Source of the DNA: an uncultured Candidatus Saccharibacteria bacterium
GTDB taxonomy: Bacteria > Patescibacteriota > Saccharimonadia > Saccharimonadales > Saccharimonadaceae
DNA: 64,000 bases
Reading direction: 5' to 3'
Assembly: GCA_947095985.1 (NCBI GenBank)
Contig: CAMUPZ010000001.1
Coordinates: forward strand, 1,025 to 65,024
Part shown: one piece after another, positions 27,773 to 38,327 of the stretch
Layout of the letters: every line of letters starts with the position of its first letter
Numbering within the stretch: position 1 is the stretch's first letter
Position numbers and translations under genes: made by a program
The notes under the pieces: generated by a model
The model's database searches: none
Told to the model about the DNA's origin: nothing
The model's input: only the letters and a program-made list of their open reading frames with translations

Positions 27773-28966
27773 ATGTTCATCGCTATCCTTGGCCGACAAC
27801 CAGAAATATCTATCGCCGAGTTAGAGGCGGTTTATGGTGCTGAAAGAGTTAAAAAAATCTCTAGTCAAGCTGCTACAATCGACTCTGATAACTTTTCTAT
27901 TGATAAACTGGGTGGAACAATCAAATGTGGCCGCGTCGTAAGTCGCGTAAAATCACAAAAATCTGACCATTACACCCTACTCAAGGCATCTAAAATTATC
28001 ACTGAAAAGTACACAAAAAATCTTTCACATAGCCAGAAAAAAATAACTTTTGGAATTAGCTTTTACGGCAATAAAGTAGATCCCCGAAATATTCAAAAAA
28101 TCGGAATTATTTTGAAAAATTCCCTAAAAAAATCTGGCGTTAGCCTACGTCTAATTCCCAATAAAACCGCCGCCCTCTCCACGGCCACCTCTCATAATAA
28201 TAAACTTGGCAGGTTTGAAACGAAGATTGAGATTATCATAGTCAGAGCTATAAATGGAGATTTTTTGATAGCCGAAAGCCGTGGCACTCAAAATATCAAT
28301 TCATACACACAGCGCGATCGCGAGCGCCCAAAGCGTGATGCCTTTGTCGGAATGCTCCCGCCTAAGCTAGCGCAAATTATGATTAACCTTTCTGGCGCAA
28401 AACCTGGCGATTACCTCTGGGATCCGTTTTGTGGTACAGGAACCGTTCTCCAAGAGGCCACTCTGCTAAGCATCAACGCCTACGGCAGCGATCTCAGCGA
28501 TAAGATGGTCGATTACACATCGGAAAACATGCGCTGGCTGGAAAAAACTTTTTCCACAAACACCGCCTGGCAAGTTTTTCAAGCTGATGCCACCTCTGTC
28601 AAACTAACCTCCGAGCAAAAACAGCAAATTACCCATATTGTCTGCGAAACATACCTAGGTCAACCCTTCTCCGCCCCACCCAGTCCCGCAAAGCTTAAAG
28701 AGGTGGTTGGAAATTGTAATCATATTATTAGTGAGTTTTTGAAGAACATACATGATCAAATTAGCCCAGAATCGATGCTGTGTATAGCCGTTCCCGCCTG
28801 GCAAAATCAACATGAACAATTTACACATTTGCCCCTGATAAAAAGCCTAAGCAAACTTGGATATCAGCCAATTACCGATAAAAATCTCATATATCATCGT
28901 CCAGATCAGGTAGTTGCCAGAGAAATTATGGTATTAAAGCCCATAGACATGACTAAAACCGCTTGA
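27773..28966 (+). CDS. Trm11/UPF0020-like RNA methyltransferase
   Basis: MLPPKLAQIMINL, DPFCGTGT and GSD motifs. Confidence 0.8.
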   Translation: MFIAILGRQPEISIAELEAVYGAERVKKISSQAATIDSDNFSIDKLGGTIKCGRVVSRVKSQKSDHYTLLKASKIITEKYTKNLSHSQKKITFGISFYGNKVDPRNIQKIGIILKNSLKKSGVSLRLIPNKTAALSTATSHNNKLGRFETKIEIIIVRAINGDFLIAESRGTQNINSYTQRDRERPKRDAFVGMLPPKLAQIMINLSGAKPGDYLWDPFCGTGTVLQEATLLSINAYGSDLSDKMVDYTSENMRWLEKTFSTNTAWQVFQADATSVKLTSEQKQQITHIVCETYLGQPFSAPPSPAKLKEVVGNCNHIISEFLKNIHDQISPESMLCIAVPAWQNQHEQFTHLPLIKSLSKLGYQPITDKNLIYHRPDQVVAREIMVLKPIDMTKTA

Positions 28967-29029
28967 CAACTGGCTTTATTTTCGATAAACTAGAACAGAT
29001 TGTTTTTAGAAAACTATAAGGAGTAAAGA

Positions 29030-29302
29030 ATGTCAAAGGTTAAAGCTGGCGGCTCTAGTAAGAACATCCACAACAATGCTGGTCAACGTCTTGGCGTAAA
29101 GCGATTTGGTGGCCAAAAAGTTACTGCTGGACAGGTCTTAGTCCGCCAAACTGGCGCTACAAAGATTGCTGGTGACGGCACATACATTAGCCGCAATTTT
29201 ACCATTCATGCTGCAAAAGACGGCGTGGTTGGATTTAAGCAGGTTAAGAAAACCAAATTTACCGGTAAAACAGAACGCCGAACACAAGTTGTTGTTCTTT
29301 AA
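29030..29302 (+). CDS. rpmA: 50S ribosomal protein L27
   Basis: GGSSKN, RLGVKRFGG, VRQTG and TIHA motifs; AGGAG SD. Confidence 0.96.
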   Translation: MSKVKAGGSSKNIHNNAGQRLGVKRFGGQKVTAGQVLVRQTGATKIAGDGTYISRNFTIHAAKDGVVGFKQVKKTKFTGKTERRTQVVVL

Positions 29303-29319
29303 TCGGTAAAAACTTTGCT

Positions 29320-29352
29320 TAAAATAGCTCCGGTAAATGCGGAGTTATTTTA
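29320..29352. terminator. Bidirectional intrinsic terminator
   Basis: TAAAATAGCTCCG...CGGAGTTATTTTA between convergent genes. Confidence 0.8.
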
Positions 29353-29368
29353 ATATCAATCACCTCTT

Positions 29369-30748
29369 TTAATGATATCCCTCACTCTTAATTCCCTCAA
29401 TACCACCTACGATACCCCGACGGCATCCACTAGCTATCGACAAATCATTAATAATTCCATCAATCACCTGAGCTATATTACTTTTGTAGTAGTCTATTCC
29501 CCAACTACTGCTCTGCGACTCCGCAATATTACTTCTTATTCTTATTAATTTATCCAACAAGTCATTAGTTGTATCACCCAGAACCGTATTATCCTCACCC
29601 ATCTGATTTACATGCTCAGTCAGCTTAACCAGACGCCTACGCTCGTCATCATTTTCAATCTTATTTTCTAAGTCTTCCAGGATGTTATTTATTTTATTCT
29701 TAAATTCATTCGCATCCTCAGCCCTAGAATCTTCAAGATTTCTAATTCTATCCGGCTCAGATGTTATCATCTCTGATATCACAGGATCATTCATTGCTGC
29801 TGTTGGATTATATTTAATTAGCCCCCTAAACCGATCCAGCTCTCCAGTTATATATTTAACCTTTGCAAAAAACTGATTATTATTATCTTCGGCAAGTTGT
29901 TTAAACCTATCAATCGCAGCCTCAAAGTCCTCAGGTAATATGTCTGTATTGGCTTCATTCGTCTCCATCGACTTTTCAACCACTGGGTTTTCAACCGATT
30001 TAGCTGCTGGCAAATCTACTGGGTCATTGACTTTGATCGCCCCAATCGACGCCATAACCTCTTCAGTCATCACCAAGGTTGATGAACCGGCGCCAGTCTC
30101 ATCCCTCTTCACTAGCTCTCTAACTGGCTCGTTGGTGTCTACCTTATTCGTCTCTACTGGATCTCTAACTCCAGTAGCCTTAACAGCCACGTCTCCCATT
30201 ACAGGACCAACTTTATCCATTGAAGGTCTCTCATGACCAGAAACTTCCTTTACAGCTGAGCCATCACTGGAGTTTTCTGGACGCGTCCCTGTAGTCGAAG
30301 ACTCAGAGCCATTGTTAGCTGGATATTTTTGTCGCCAAATTTGCTCAGCAGCCTCTACTCCTTTTTCAATCATTTCCTTAGTAGTTTTTCCATAAAGATA
30401 CTTAATATAATCTTCATTTTCTTCTAGACCCTGAATGTTCTCCAATGGCACAATCTCAGTTTCAGTAGTATACTCTCCATTAACTTTAACCAGTTTATAT
30501 ACTTCCATAAACAACTTAATCGGACCAATACCCTTCTCGGAATCAGTGTCACACACGACCAACATACGAATAGGATTCCAACCTTCATCTGGCCTAACGT
30601 CCTCTCCGTCTTGACCACTGCGAATAATAGTTAGTGGATACCTTGCATTATCTGGATCAGTATCAGCAGGAAAAGTCTTAACTACATAATCTTCCAGCGT
30701 TTTTCGTTGTTCTTGTTCGCGGCTTTGTGTTGGTTTTAAGTTTTCCAT
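29369..30748 (-). CDS. Hypothetical acidic protein (disordered middle, helical C-terminus)
   Basis: 459-aa ORF with its own TTGACT/TATAAA promoter; no known motif. Confidence 0.7.
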   Translation of the reverse strand: MENLKPTQSREQEQRKTLEDYVVKTFPADTDPDNARYPLTIIRSGQDGEDVRPDEGWNPIRMLVVCDTDSEKGIGPIKLFMEVYKLVKVNGEYTTETEIVPLENIQGLEENEDYIKYLYGKTTKEMIEKGVEAAEQIWRQKYPANNGSESSTTGTRPENSSDGSAVKEVSGHERPSMDKVGPVMGDVAVKATGVRDPVETNKVDTNEPVRELVKRDETGAGSSTLVMTEEVMASIGAIKVNDPVDLPAAKSVENPVVEKSMETNEANTDILPEDFEAAIDRFKQLAEDNNNQFFAKVKYITGELDRFRGLIKYNPTAAMNDPVISEMITSEPDRIRNLEDSRAEDANEFKNKINNILEDLENKIENDDERRRLVKLTEHVNQMGEDNTVLGDTTNDLLDKLIRIRSNIAESQSSSWGIDYYKSNIAQVIDGIINDLSIASGCRRGIVGGIEGIKSEGYH

Positions 30749-30780
30749 ATATGTTTATTTTATATCAAAAAACTAACAAA

Positions 30781-30808
30781 AAGTCAACCCCCCAACAGAG
30801 GTTGACTT
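30781..30808. terminator. Intrinsic terminator after the response regulator
   Basis: AAGTCAACC...GGTTGACTT with T-runs on both strands. Confidence 0.75.
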
Positions 30809-30830
30809 GCTTTTTTTACTGAAATAATTT

Positions 30831-31214
30831 CTATTTAACACCTAAATGGTGCTTTACGCGCGCTACCACGTCACCAATAACAACCTGAGATTTCACCAAA
30901 TAATCATCAACCCCCAAACTCTCGGCCCGCTCCTTATCCTTCGGCTGACTAAGTGCCGTTAGCATAATTATCCTTACATTGGCGGTTTCTGGAGTATTAC
31001 GTAGGATATCCAGAACGTCAAATCCGCTAATCTTTGGCATCATCACATCCAATAAAATTAAGTCCGGACGATATTCTACAGTTGCAGACAGCGCGTCCTC
31101 GCCGTTATTTGCCTCCCTAACATCAAAACCTTCAATTTCTAATCGAGACCTATACACCGCAGATAGTGCAATATCATCCTCAACTAGTAAAATCTTCTTT
31201 TTCTGCTCGTTCAT
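30831..31214 (-). CDS. Single-domain response regulator
   Basis: LLVEDD, LLDVMMPKISG, MLTA and DYLVK motifs. Confidence 0.93.
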   Translation of the reverse strand: MNEQKKKILLVEDDIALSAVYRSRLEIEGFDVREANNGEDALSATVEYRPDLILLDVMMPKISGFDVLDILRNTPETANVRIIMLTALSQPKDKERAESLGVDDYLVKSQVVIGDVVARVKHHLGVK

Positions 31215-31255
31215 CCTACCTCCATTTTATGTCGTATCTCATAAAAACACAAGCT

Positions 31256-32431
31256 CTATAGCGATTTTGCCTTATCCATCTGTGGATCACGATTATTATT
31301 AATGTCATCCGCCGATAAATCAACCTTCACATCAGGCTCTATACCTGTCTTATCTATGTTACTACCCTTTGGCGTGTACCAACGAGCTTCCGTAACTTTC
31401 ATCTGTGATCCGCCAGGCAGCCCTATTACTATCTGAACACTACCTTTACCGTAGCTCTTTTGTCCGACCAACTTTGCTTTATCATAATCACGGAGCGCCC
31501 CAGCAACAATCTCACTAGCACTAGCACTGCCGCCATTAATCAGCACCACAGTCTTCATATTACCCAGAATTGGCGAACCGGTCGTATTAATAGTCTTAAC
31601 GATTTCAGAACCGCGCCGCTCAGTCATCGCCACTTGCTTATCTAGCCAAAGACCCAATAACCCTTGTGCCGCACTAACTGTACCGCCCGGATTATTGCGC
31701 AGGTCTAGAATAACCTTCTTAACGCCTTTTTCAACAAATTCAGAACCATATTTTCGAGCCAAGCTTGCCGTATCATCGCCAAACCGACTCACCTTCAATA
31801 TGCCAATTTCCCCATCAATTTTTAATTCGACAGCAGGCGAAGTTATGTTTTGGCGCACAACTGACACTTCACGAGTCTGGCCATTACTTAACAAAGTTAG
31901 TTTTACAGAGGTACCAACTTCACCGCGAATTTTACTAACAACCTTATCAACATCCCAGTCAGAAACGTTTTCATCATTAACTTTAACAATAACCTCACCC
32001 GCCTTAATACCATACTTTTGAGCTGGGCTACCCTCAAGAGGTCTTATGATAGTCGGCTTACCGTTCCTTGAACCAATTTCCGCACCGATACCACCGCCAA
32101 TATTGCCAGTTAAAGACTTATTGAATTCCTTTGTCTCATCTGGATCCATATATGCAGTATGTTGGTCTCCAGCTGCCGCCACTAGTCCTCGACTGGCGCC
32201 ATGGATAAGCTTCTCGGTGTCTAGTTTACCGTCATAATTTGCGAGTAGCTGCCGATACGTCTCCTGAACACTTGATAAATCAATCTTTTCCCTCGACGTT
32301 CTAACGCCAAACAATGGCGCTACTGAAGCAGAAAATTGATCAAAGCGCGTCCCAGCAACAAAACTGATAGTCGCTACAATCATGAGCGTTAAAAACCAAC
32401 CCAGGCGCTGTTTATTTTCTCCCGTAACCAT
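31256..32431 (-). CDS. ctpA: S41A C-terminal processing protease with PDZ domain
   Basis: GIGA, DLRNNPGG, SASASEI, SYGKGSVQ and GIEPD motifs. Confidence 0.93.
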   Translation of the reverse strand: MVTGENKQRLGWFLTLMIVATISFVAGTRFDQFSASVAPLFGVRTSREKIDLSSVQETYRQLLANYDGKLDTEKLIHGASRGLVAAAGDQHTAYMDPDETKEFNKSLTGNIGGGIGAEIGSRNGKPTIIRPLEGSPAQKYGIKAGEVIVKVNDENVSDWDVDKVVSKIRGEVGTSVKLTLLSNGQTREVSVVRQNITSPAVELKIDGEIGILKVSRFGDDTASLARKYGSEFVEKGVKKVILDLRNNPGGTVSAAQGLLGLWLDKQVAMTERRGSEIVKTINTTGSPILGNMKTVVLINGGSASASEIVAGALRDYDKAKLVGQKSYGKGSVQIVIGLPGGSQMKVTEARWYTPKGSNIDKTGIEPDVKVDLSADDINNNRDPQMDKAKSL

Positions 32432-32449
32432 ATACTTCTTTTATTATAC

Positions 32450-32482
32450 TACAAAACGCCCGCCTAGCACGAGCGTTTTGTA
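32450..32482 (-). terminator. Intrinsic terminator
   Basis: TACAAAACGC...GCGTTTTGTA inverted repeat after the CHAP gene. Confidence 0.7.
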
Positions 32483-32497
32483 AAATACATAAGATGT

Positions 32498-33637
32498 TTA
32501 GAAGTAGACGTAAGTCAATCCTGAAGCCGAACGCGTGTAATATCGATACAGGCCGTCCCACTTCCAATTATAGTCGCTAACAGTAATTGTACCATTACCA
32601 TTGACAGATTCGACATACATGACATGACCGTATTCCCCCTCCATGAACACTGCTGCCGAACCTACTTTTGGCGTTGAGCCACTGGATATGCCATGACGAG
32701 CTGCTGTTGATGGCCACTGATTAGCGTTACCCGCACCGCCGAAGTGTGGTACGTAACGACCGGTACTATGGATCTTCCAAGCTACATAGCTCACACACTC
32801 GCGCGTGTACAATCCCCACGGATCAACATAAGCGTCCAGTGGCGCATTTGCCCAAGCACCTGGATAACCGCCACCGCCTGGAATGCCGCCCGGGATTGAT
32901 ACACCACTTCTACTAAGAGACCGTCGGTTAGCTGCGACCTGCTCTTCTCGCAACTTCGCTACCTCGGAATTGCGCTTCTGAGCCAGCGCCGCATAGTTAT
33001 TTTGGTCATTCTTTGTATCAGCGATAAGCTTTGCTTTCTCGGATTGCTTATAAGCCATAGCGTTGCGTTGCAATTCTTGATCGCGCAACGTATTCTCGAC
33101 AGATTTCTTATTTTCTTCCAACTTTTTCTGCAAAGATTTAATCTCTTTAATTTTATCGTTAAGAGAAGATTTTAATGAACTTCGCTGCTCCTGCTTATCG
33201 ATATAATCACTAATATTCTTTGAGCTGGCTAACATCTCCAACGGAGAAATCTGATCGTCAACATATAGGTCTGCTAAAATCCGACCCATAGCCTTCCGAT
33301 TTTGTTTAATAGACGCTTCGTTCTTTTTTATCTGGTCATTTAGATTATTAATCTTTGTCTGGCTATCAGCAATTTGCGCCTGAATAGCCGCAATCTGACC
33401 ATTAATCTTGTCTAATTCTGACTGCAGACTGTCAGCCATCTGCCCCAGGCGTGAAGCCTCGGAGTTATAACTTTCTGCTTCCTTTTGCTTTGCTTGGATT
33501 TCGGCATTATAATCACGCGCCAATACGTGCGACGCCAAGCCAAAAACGCCCGACCCAGCGAGCAATACAGACATCGCCACCAGAGACGCTCTGCTGACTA
33601 ATGATACCGAAACTGGTGTGGTGGACCGTAGTTTCAT
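32498..33637 (-). CDS. PcsB/CwlO-like coiled-coil CHAP peptidoglycan hydrolase
   Basis: Signal peptide, long coiled coil, CHAP Cys (RECVSYV) and His (YGHVMYV); follows ftsEX. Confidence 0.9.
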   Translation of the reverse strand: MKLRSTTPVSVSLVSRASLVAMSVLLAGSGVFGLASHVLARDYNAEIQAKQKEAESYNSEASRLGQMADSLQSELDKINGQIAAIQAQIADSQTKINNLNDQIKKNEASIKQNRKAMGRILADLYVDDQISPLEMLASSKNISDYIDKQEQRSSLKSSLNDKIKEIKSLQKKLEENKKSVENTLRDQELQRNAMAYKQSEKAKLIADTKNDQNNYAALAQKRNSEVAKLREEQVAANRRSLSRSGVSIPGGIPGGGGYPGAWANAPLDAYVDPWGLYTRECVSYVAWKIHSTGRYVPHFGGAGNANQWPSTAARHGISSGSTPKVGSAAVFMEGEYGHVMYVESVNGNGTITVSDYNWKWDGLYRYYTRSASGLTYVYF

Positions 33638-33680
33638 GCATCTATAGTAGCATAAGCGTAATCCGACTGTCAAGGATATT

Positions 33681-34664
33681 TTATAGTTTAAGATATTTAC
33701 GTGTTGCCACCCAAGACGAGGCTACGCCGATTGTCGCACCGACCAAAATCATACCTAAGAAAACCAACCCGCCATAAACTGTTAAATGCCCTAAAAGATT
33801 ATCAACTGGAATACCGTACTTCGTCATTGGGTCGTGAGCAAAAAACAGTAAACTATAGCCAGCCACTGTGGCGATAATTGCTGCAATGAACCCATACATT
33901 ATTGCCTCAACAATAAACGGACCCCTAATAAAGCTGCGTTCAGCACCGATTAACTTCATCATTTCAATCTCATCTTTGCGGTTGAAGATTGCCATGCGGA
34001 TAGTATTAAAGACCACCAGTGAAGATATCACCACAAACACTACTGTAGCAATCGAACCGCCTATACTAGCCAGCCGTACCCAATTGCCCACCGTCTTAAT
34101 GGCCTGTTGGCGCTCGCCTGAGAATGATGGCTCCCTGCGAGGATCTTTATATTTTTTATACAAATCGTCGGTTTTAACAAAATTATTTAATGACTGTTGA
34201 TTATTCAATTCCTTAACGGAAACACGAAGCGTCGCCGACATTTCGTTGCTAGATTCGCGAATTGCCTCTAGTGTATCTGGATCATCCTTATTTTGCTCAG
34301 CCTGCTTTTCTCTAGCCTCTGCTGCAGAAATATACTTTACGCTGTCTACGTTATCTAGTTTTTCAATACGAGATTTGATAGTATTTATGGTCTTTTCAGG
34401 AGTATCACCCTTCAAATAAATTGACATATCAGCACGTTTAGAGACATTTGAGACGGTATCAACCAAAATCTGTCGTGCCGACAAAGTCATAAATACAATT
34501 ATTAGTGTCACACTCATCACCGCAGTGGCGGCAATCGTCAACCAAGCATTACGGCTAAAGTTATTAATACCATACCGACACATCCGCACAAAAGTCAACC
34601 AGCCCCGTCGGCGTTGACGTATACGAATATTATCCTTACTTTTACTGGATTTAGATGATTTCAT
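33681..34664 (-). CDS. ftsX: Cell division permease FtsX
   Basis: 4 TM; NTIRMAIFNRKDEIEMMKLIGA..FIRGPF motif. Confidence 0.93.
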   Translation of the reverse strand: MKSSKSSKSKDNIRIRQRRRGWLTFVRMCRYGINNFSRNAWLTIAATAVMSVTLIIVFMTLSARQILVDTVSNVSKRADMSIYLKGDTPEKTINTIKSRIEKLDNVDSVKYISAAEAREKQAEQNKDDPDTLEAIRESSNEMSATLRVSVKELNNQQSLNNFVKTDDLYKKYKDPRREPSFSGERQQAIKTVGNWVRLASIGGSIATVVFVVISSLVVFNTIRMAIFNRKDEIEMMKLIGAERSFIRGPFIVEAIMYGFIAAIIATVAGYSLLFFAHDPMTKYGIPVDNLLGHLTVYGGLVFLGMILVGATIGVASSWVATRKYLKL

Positions 34665-35347
34665 TATTGCTTATAACTCCCCCTCGCCTGATCAGAGGTG
34701 ATTTTACCATGATCAATTGTAATAACGCGCCGCTTCAATTTGTTAACAATCTCTACGTTGTGAGTCGTCAAAATAACCGTCGTGCCATACTTGTTAATCT
34801 TTTCCAGTAAGCGAACAATATCCCAGCTGTGCTTTGGGTCCAAGTTTCCAGTCGGCTCATCGGCAATTAGAATCTTCGGCTGCCGCACCACCGCCCTGGC
34901 AATTGCCACGCGCTGACGCTCTCCACCAGAAAGCTGATGTGGAAATTGCTTTTCCTTACCCTTAAGACCAACCAACTCAATCACCTTCGGCACAGTTGAT
35001 TTAATCTCTCGATTAGTCATTCCCGCAATCTCTAGGGCAAACGCCACATTCTCAAACACCGTCCGATTCGGAAGCAACTTAAAATCCTGAAACACCACAC
35101 CAATCTTACGACGCAACAACGGAATGTGCTTATCCTTCAAATTATCATAATCAATTCCACCAACCACAATTTTTCCAGAGCTCGGTTTCTCTTCTCTTGT
35201 CAAAAGCTTCAATAGTGTTGATTTACCAGCACCCGACGTACCAACAATAATTACAAACTCGCCAGCACCAACATGAATGCTAGCTCGATTCAGTGCCGGC
35301 TTATTACTTTTACCATAATTCTTCGTTACCCTATCTAACAGAATCAT
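34664..35347 (-). CDS. ftsE: Cell division ATP-binding protein FtsE
   Basis: GTSGAGKST, VFQDFKLL, LSGGE and ADEPTGNLD motifs. Confidence 0.95.
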   Translation of the reverse strand: MILLDRVTKNYGKSNKPALNRASIHVGAGEFVIIVGTSGAGKSTLLKLLTREEKPSSGKIVVGGIDYDNLKDKHIPLLRRKIGVVFQDFKLLPNRTVFENVAFALEIAGMTNREIKSTVPKVIELVGLKGKEKQFPHQLSGGERQRVAIARAVVRQPKILIADEPTGNLDPKHSWDIVRLLEKINKYGTTVILTTHNVEIVNKLKRRVITIDHGKITSDQARGSYKQ

Positions 35348-35367
35348 CAATAGTATTATACCATAAG

Positions 35368-36459
35368 CTAAATATTTTTAGAATTAGCGTTCTGCTCTAA
35401 ATATGCCGTGATAAATTCATCAATATCACCGTCCAATACTCCCTGGGCATTACGGTTTTCGTACTTAGTGCGAGTATCTTTGACTAATGTATACGGATGT
35501 AAAACATAATTTCTAATCTGGCTACCCCAGTTGGCCGACTCGCCAGCCCTCAGATCAGACAAAGCTTCAGCATGCTGCTCCAACTTCATCGCTAGCAATT
35601 TGGAGCGCAAAATCTTTAATGCCATCTCTTTATTTTGGATCTGCGAACGCTCATTCTGAATCGCCACGGTAATACCAGTAGGAATGTGCGTCACCCGTAC
35701 TGCTGAGTCGGTCGTGTTCACCCCTTGACCACCCTTGCCACCCGAGCGGTAAACATCAATCCTCAGATCATTCGGATCAATCGCAATTTCATCTGGCGTA
35801 TCGATCTTTGGCAGCACTTCCACCAACGCAAAGCTGGTCTGACGCAAATTGTCGGCATTAAACGGACTCAGTCGCACCAACCGATGTACGCCGTTCTCTG
35901 AACGCATTTTTCCGTAAGCAAACGGCCCAGAAATCTCCAAAACAACAGTTTTAATTCCAGCATCATCATTAGTCGATCGCTCCAGTGTGTCGGTTTTCAT
36001 ACCTGACTTTTCTGCCCAGCGTAAATACATTCGCTCCAACATCGCTGCAAAATCCTGAGCATCCAAACCACCCACACCAGCGGAAATCCGCACAATTGCC
36101 GAGCGATTATCGTATTCACCAGAGAACAACAAATCCGTTTTATGAATCTCAAACGCCTTTTCAATTGCCGCCACCTGCGTCTGAAACTCTGGCAACAAAT
36201 CATCATCGCCAAGCTCCATCAACTCAGCCATGTCACCCACCTGCACCGTCAACGTCTGCCACGGCTCAACCGTTTGACGAAGACTAGCTGCATGCTTGGT
36301 CAATTCTTGAGCGTGATCAGGGTTATTCCAAATCTCTGGCTGATTAAGCTGCTCGTCCAGCTCTGCCAATTTCTGCTCCAGCTCAGAAAACTTCAGTGCC
36401 TCCTTAGTCTGCTCAATTTCCTTTTCCAACTCTCCAATTTTCTTTTTTAGCGGTTGCAT
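35368..36459 (-). CDS. prfB: Peptide chain release factor 2 (no programmed frameshift)
   Basis: SPF tripeptide, GGQ motif, WGSQIRNYV; a single continuous ORF. Confidence 0.96.
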   Translation of the reverse strand: MQPLKKKIGELEKEIEQTKEALKFSELEQKLAELDEQLNQPEIWNNPDHAQELTKHAASLRQTVEPWQTLTVQVGDMAELMELGDDDLLPEFQTQVAAIEKAFEIHKTDLLFSGEYDNRSAIVRISAGVGGLDAQDFAAMLERMYLRWAEKSGMKTDTLERSTNDDAGIKTVVLEISGPFAYGKMRSENGVHRLVRLSPFNADNLRQTSFALVEVLPKIDTPDEIAIDPNDLRIDVYRSGGKGGQGVNTTDSAVRVTHIPTGITVAIQNERSQIQNKEMALKILRSKLLAMKLEQHAEALSDLRAGESANWGSQIRNYVLHPYTLVKDTRTKYENRNAQGVLDGDIDEFITAYLEQNANSKNI

Positions 36460-36510
36460 ATATTCTATTGTACCATTTTTCAGAAGCAGCTTCTCTGCTA
36501 GAATATGAGA

Positions 36511-37050
36511 ATGGATAACGACATTGAAAAGATTTTATTTACCAGCGAAGACATTAAAGCAGCCATTCAAAAACTTGGACAAAAATTAACCGAGGATTAC
36601 CAAGATAAAAATCCAATCGTTGTGGGGATTTTACGCGGTGCGGCACCGTTCATGATTGATTTGATACGAGCGATGGATTGCTACATGGAAATTGATTTTA
36701 TGGCAGTTTCCAGTTACGGCGACGACACGGAATCTTCTGGTACGGTGAAGATTATTAAGGATTTGGATACTGATGTTACCGATCGGCACGTGCTGATAGT
36801 TGAGGACATTATTGACAGTGGTCGAACCGCCCAAGCGTTGAGGAAATTGTTCGCCGCCAAGAATGCCGCCTCGGTAAAAATATGTTCATTATTAGATAAG
36901 CCTGAACGGCGTGAAGTTGACATTCAGGCAGACTACATCGGCATCGATACACCAAATGAGTTTGTTGTCGGCTATGGTCTGGATTTTCGCCAGCAATACC
37001 GAAACTTGCCATACATTGGCGTGTTAAAACCAGAAGTTTACCAAAGTTAA
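36511..37050 (+). CDS. hpt: Hypoxanthine phosphoribosyltransferase
   Basis: [27 protein letters not shown] and YRNLPYIG motifs. Confidence 0.96.
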   Translation: MDNDIEKILFTSEDIKAAIQKLGQKLTEDYQDKNPIVVGILRGAAPFMIDLIRAMDCYMEIDFMAVSSYGDDTESSGTVKIIKDLDTDVTDRHVLIVEDIIDSGRTAQALRKLFAAKNAASVKICSLLDKPERREVDIQADYIGIDTPNEFVVGYGLDFRQQYRNLPYIGVLKPEVYQS

Positions 37051-38291
37051 AGCTTTTCTACAGCCGCCACGAACTGCTCGCCGCGGTCATTATAGCTCTT
37101 AAACATGTCAAAACTGGCGGCGGCTGGGCTGAGAATTACCACGTCGCCAGGCTGAGCTTGGCTTTTTGCCGTCTTAACCACCTCTGGCATCATTGCCATT
37201 TTTAAGCATACAACTCGGCAAGAGACTTTTTCCTCGCTTAAAGCCTTGGCAATTTCACTAGCATTTTCACCGTTAATAACCACTGCTCGCATTTGCTGAG
37301 CCGCAATTTCACTCGCCAATTCTCTATAATCCGCCCCCTTATCAGATCCGCCCAAAATCAGAATCTTTGGCTCGGCGAAAGATTTTAGTGCAGCAACGGC
37401 ACTACCAGGCGTAGTCGAGATGCTATCGTCATAATACTTCACGCCATTTTTTTCAGCGACAAACTTTAAACGGTGCGGCAAACCCGTAAAATTGCTCAGC
37501 CCAGCTTTTATGTCATTATCAGAAATATCAGGAATGATCGCACATGCTGCCAAGATTGCGGCACAGGCATTATCGATACTATGTTTTCCTGGCAGGCGAA
37601 TTGCCGAAATTATATCACCCGAAAGAGTGAACGGATATCCTTTTTTCTGTGCCAAACTAACGCTGGCAATTGATGAACTAAACTCATTTTTAGAGTTATA
37701 AATTAGATAGTCATCTGCAGTCTGGAATCTGGCAATATTCGACTTCGCCAACAAATAGTCATCAAAGTCAGCATGAACATTCAAATGATCTGGTTCAATC
37801 ATCAGCACCACAGCCACATGCGGCGACTTTTCCAGATCCCACAACTGAAAACTCGACAGCTCATAAACGATGATGTCATTTTTCTTAATCTCGGGCAGAA
37901 TATCCAATGCTGGCACGCCGATATTCCCCACCAGATGTACCGTTTTTCCAGCCGCCCGCAAAATACTAGCGACCAGGCTGCACGTTGTTCCCTTACCTTT
38001 CGTCCCAGTTACGCCGATAATCGTGGCTGGACATTCTGCAAAAAACTCATTCGTCGCCGACCAAATTTGACCGCTGGTTTTTATTTTTTCTGGCGAAAGA
38101 CTGGGAGATCTTATGATTAAATCCGCGTTGCCCAAACCAGCAAACCCCGTTTGAAAAGAAACGCCATCTGGCAGATTATCGACAGAATCTCGCTCGTCAG
38201 CCACCAAAAAACTGGCACTCGGAAACTTTTTCTGGAAATAACGCAGATTAGATTGACCTTCGACCCCATAGCCAGCGATGACAATTTTCAT
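37047..38291 (-). CDS. murD: UDP-MurNAc-L-Ala--D-Glu ligase
   Basis: [30 protein letters not shown] and SPAAASFD motifs. Confidence 0.96.
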   Translation of the reverse strand: MKIVIAGYGVEGQSNLRYFQKKFPSASFLVADERDSVDNLPDGVSFQTGFAGLGNADLIIRSPSLSPEKIKTSGQIWSATNEFFAECPATIIGVTGTKGKGTTCSLVASILRAAGKTVHLVGNIGVPALDILPEIKKNDIIVYELSSFQLWDLEKSPHVAVVLMIEPDHLNVHADFDDYLLAKSNIARFQTADDYLIYNSKNEFSSSIASVSLAQKKGYPFTLSGDIISAIRLPGKHSIDNACAAILAACAIIPDISDNDIKAGLSNFTGLPHRLKFVAEKNGVKYYDDSISTTPGSAVAALKSFAEPKILILGGSDKGADYRELASEIAAQQMRAVVINGENASEIAKALSEEKVSCRVVCLKMAMMPEVVKTAKSQAQPGDVVILSPAAASFDMFKSYNDRGEQFVAAVEKL

Positions 38292-38327
38292 AACATAATT
38301 ATATCACGGTCAATCTATATAATATCT

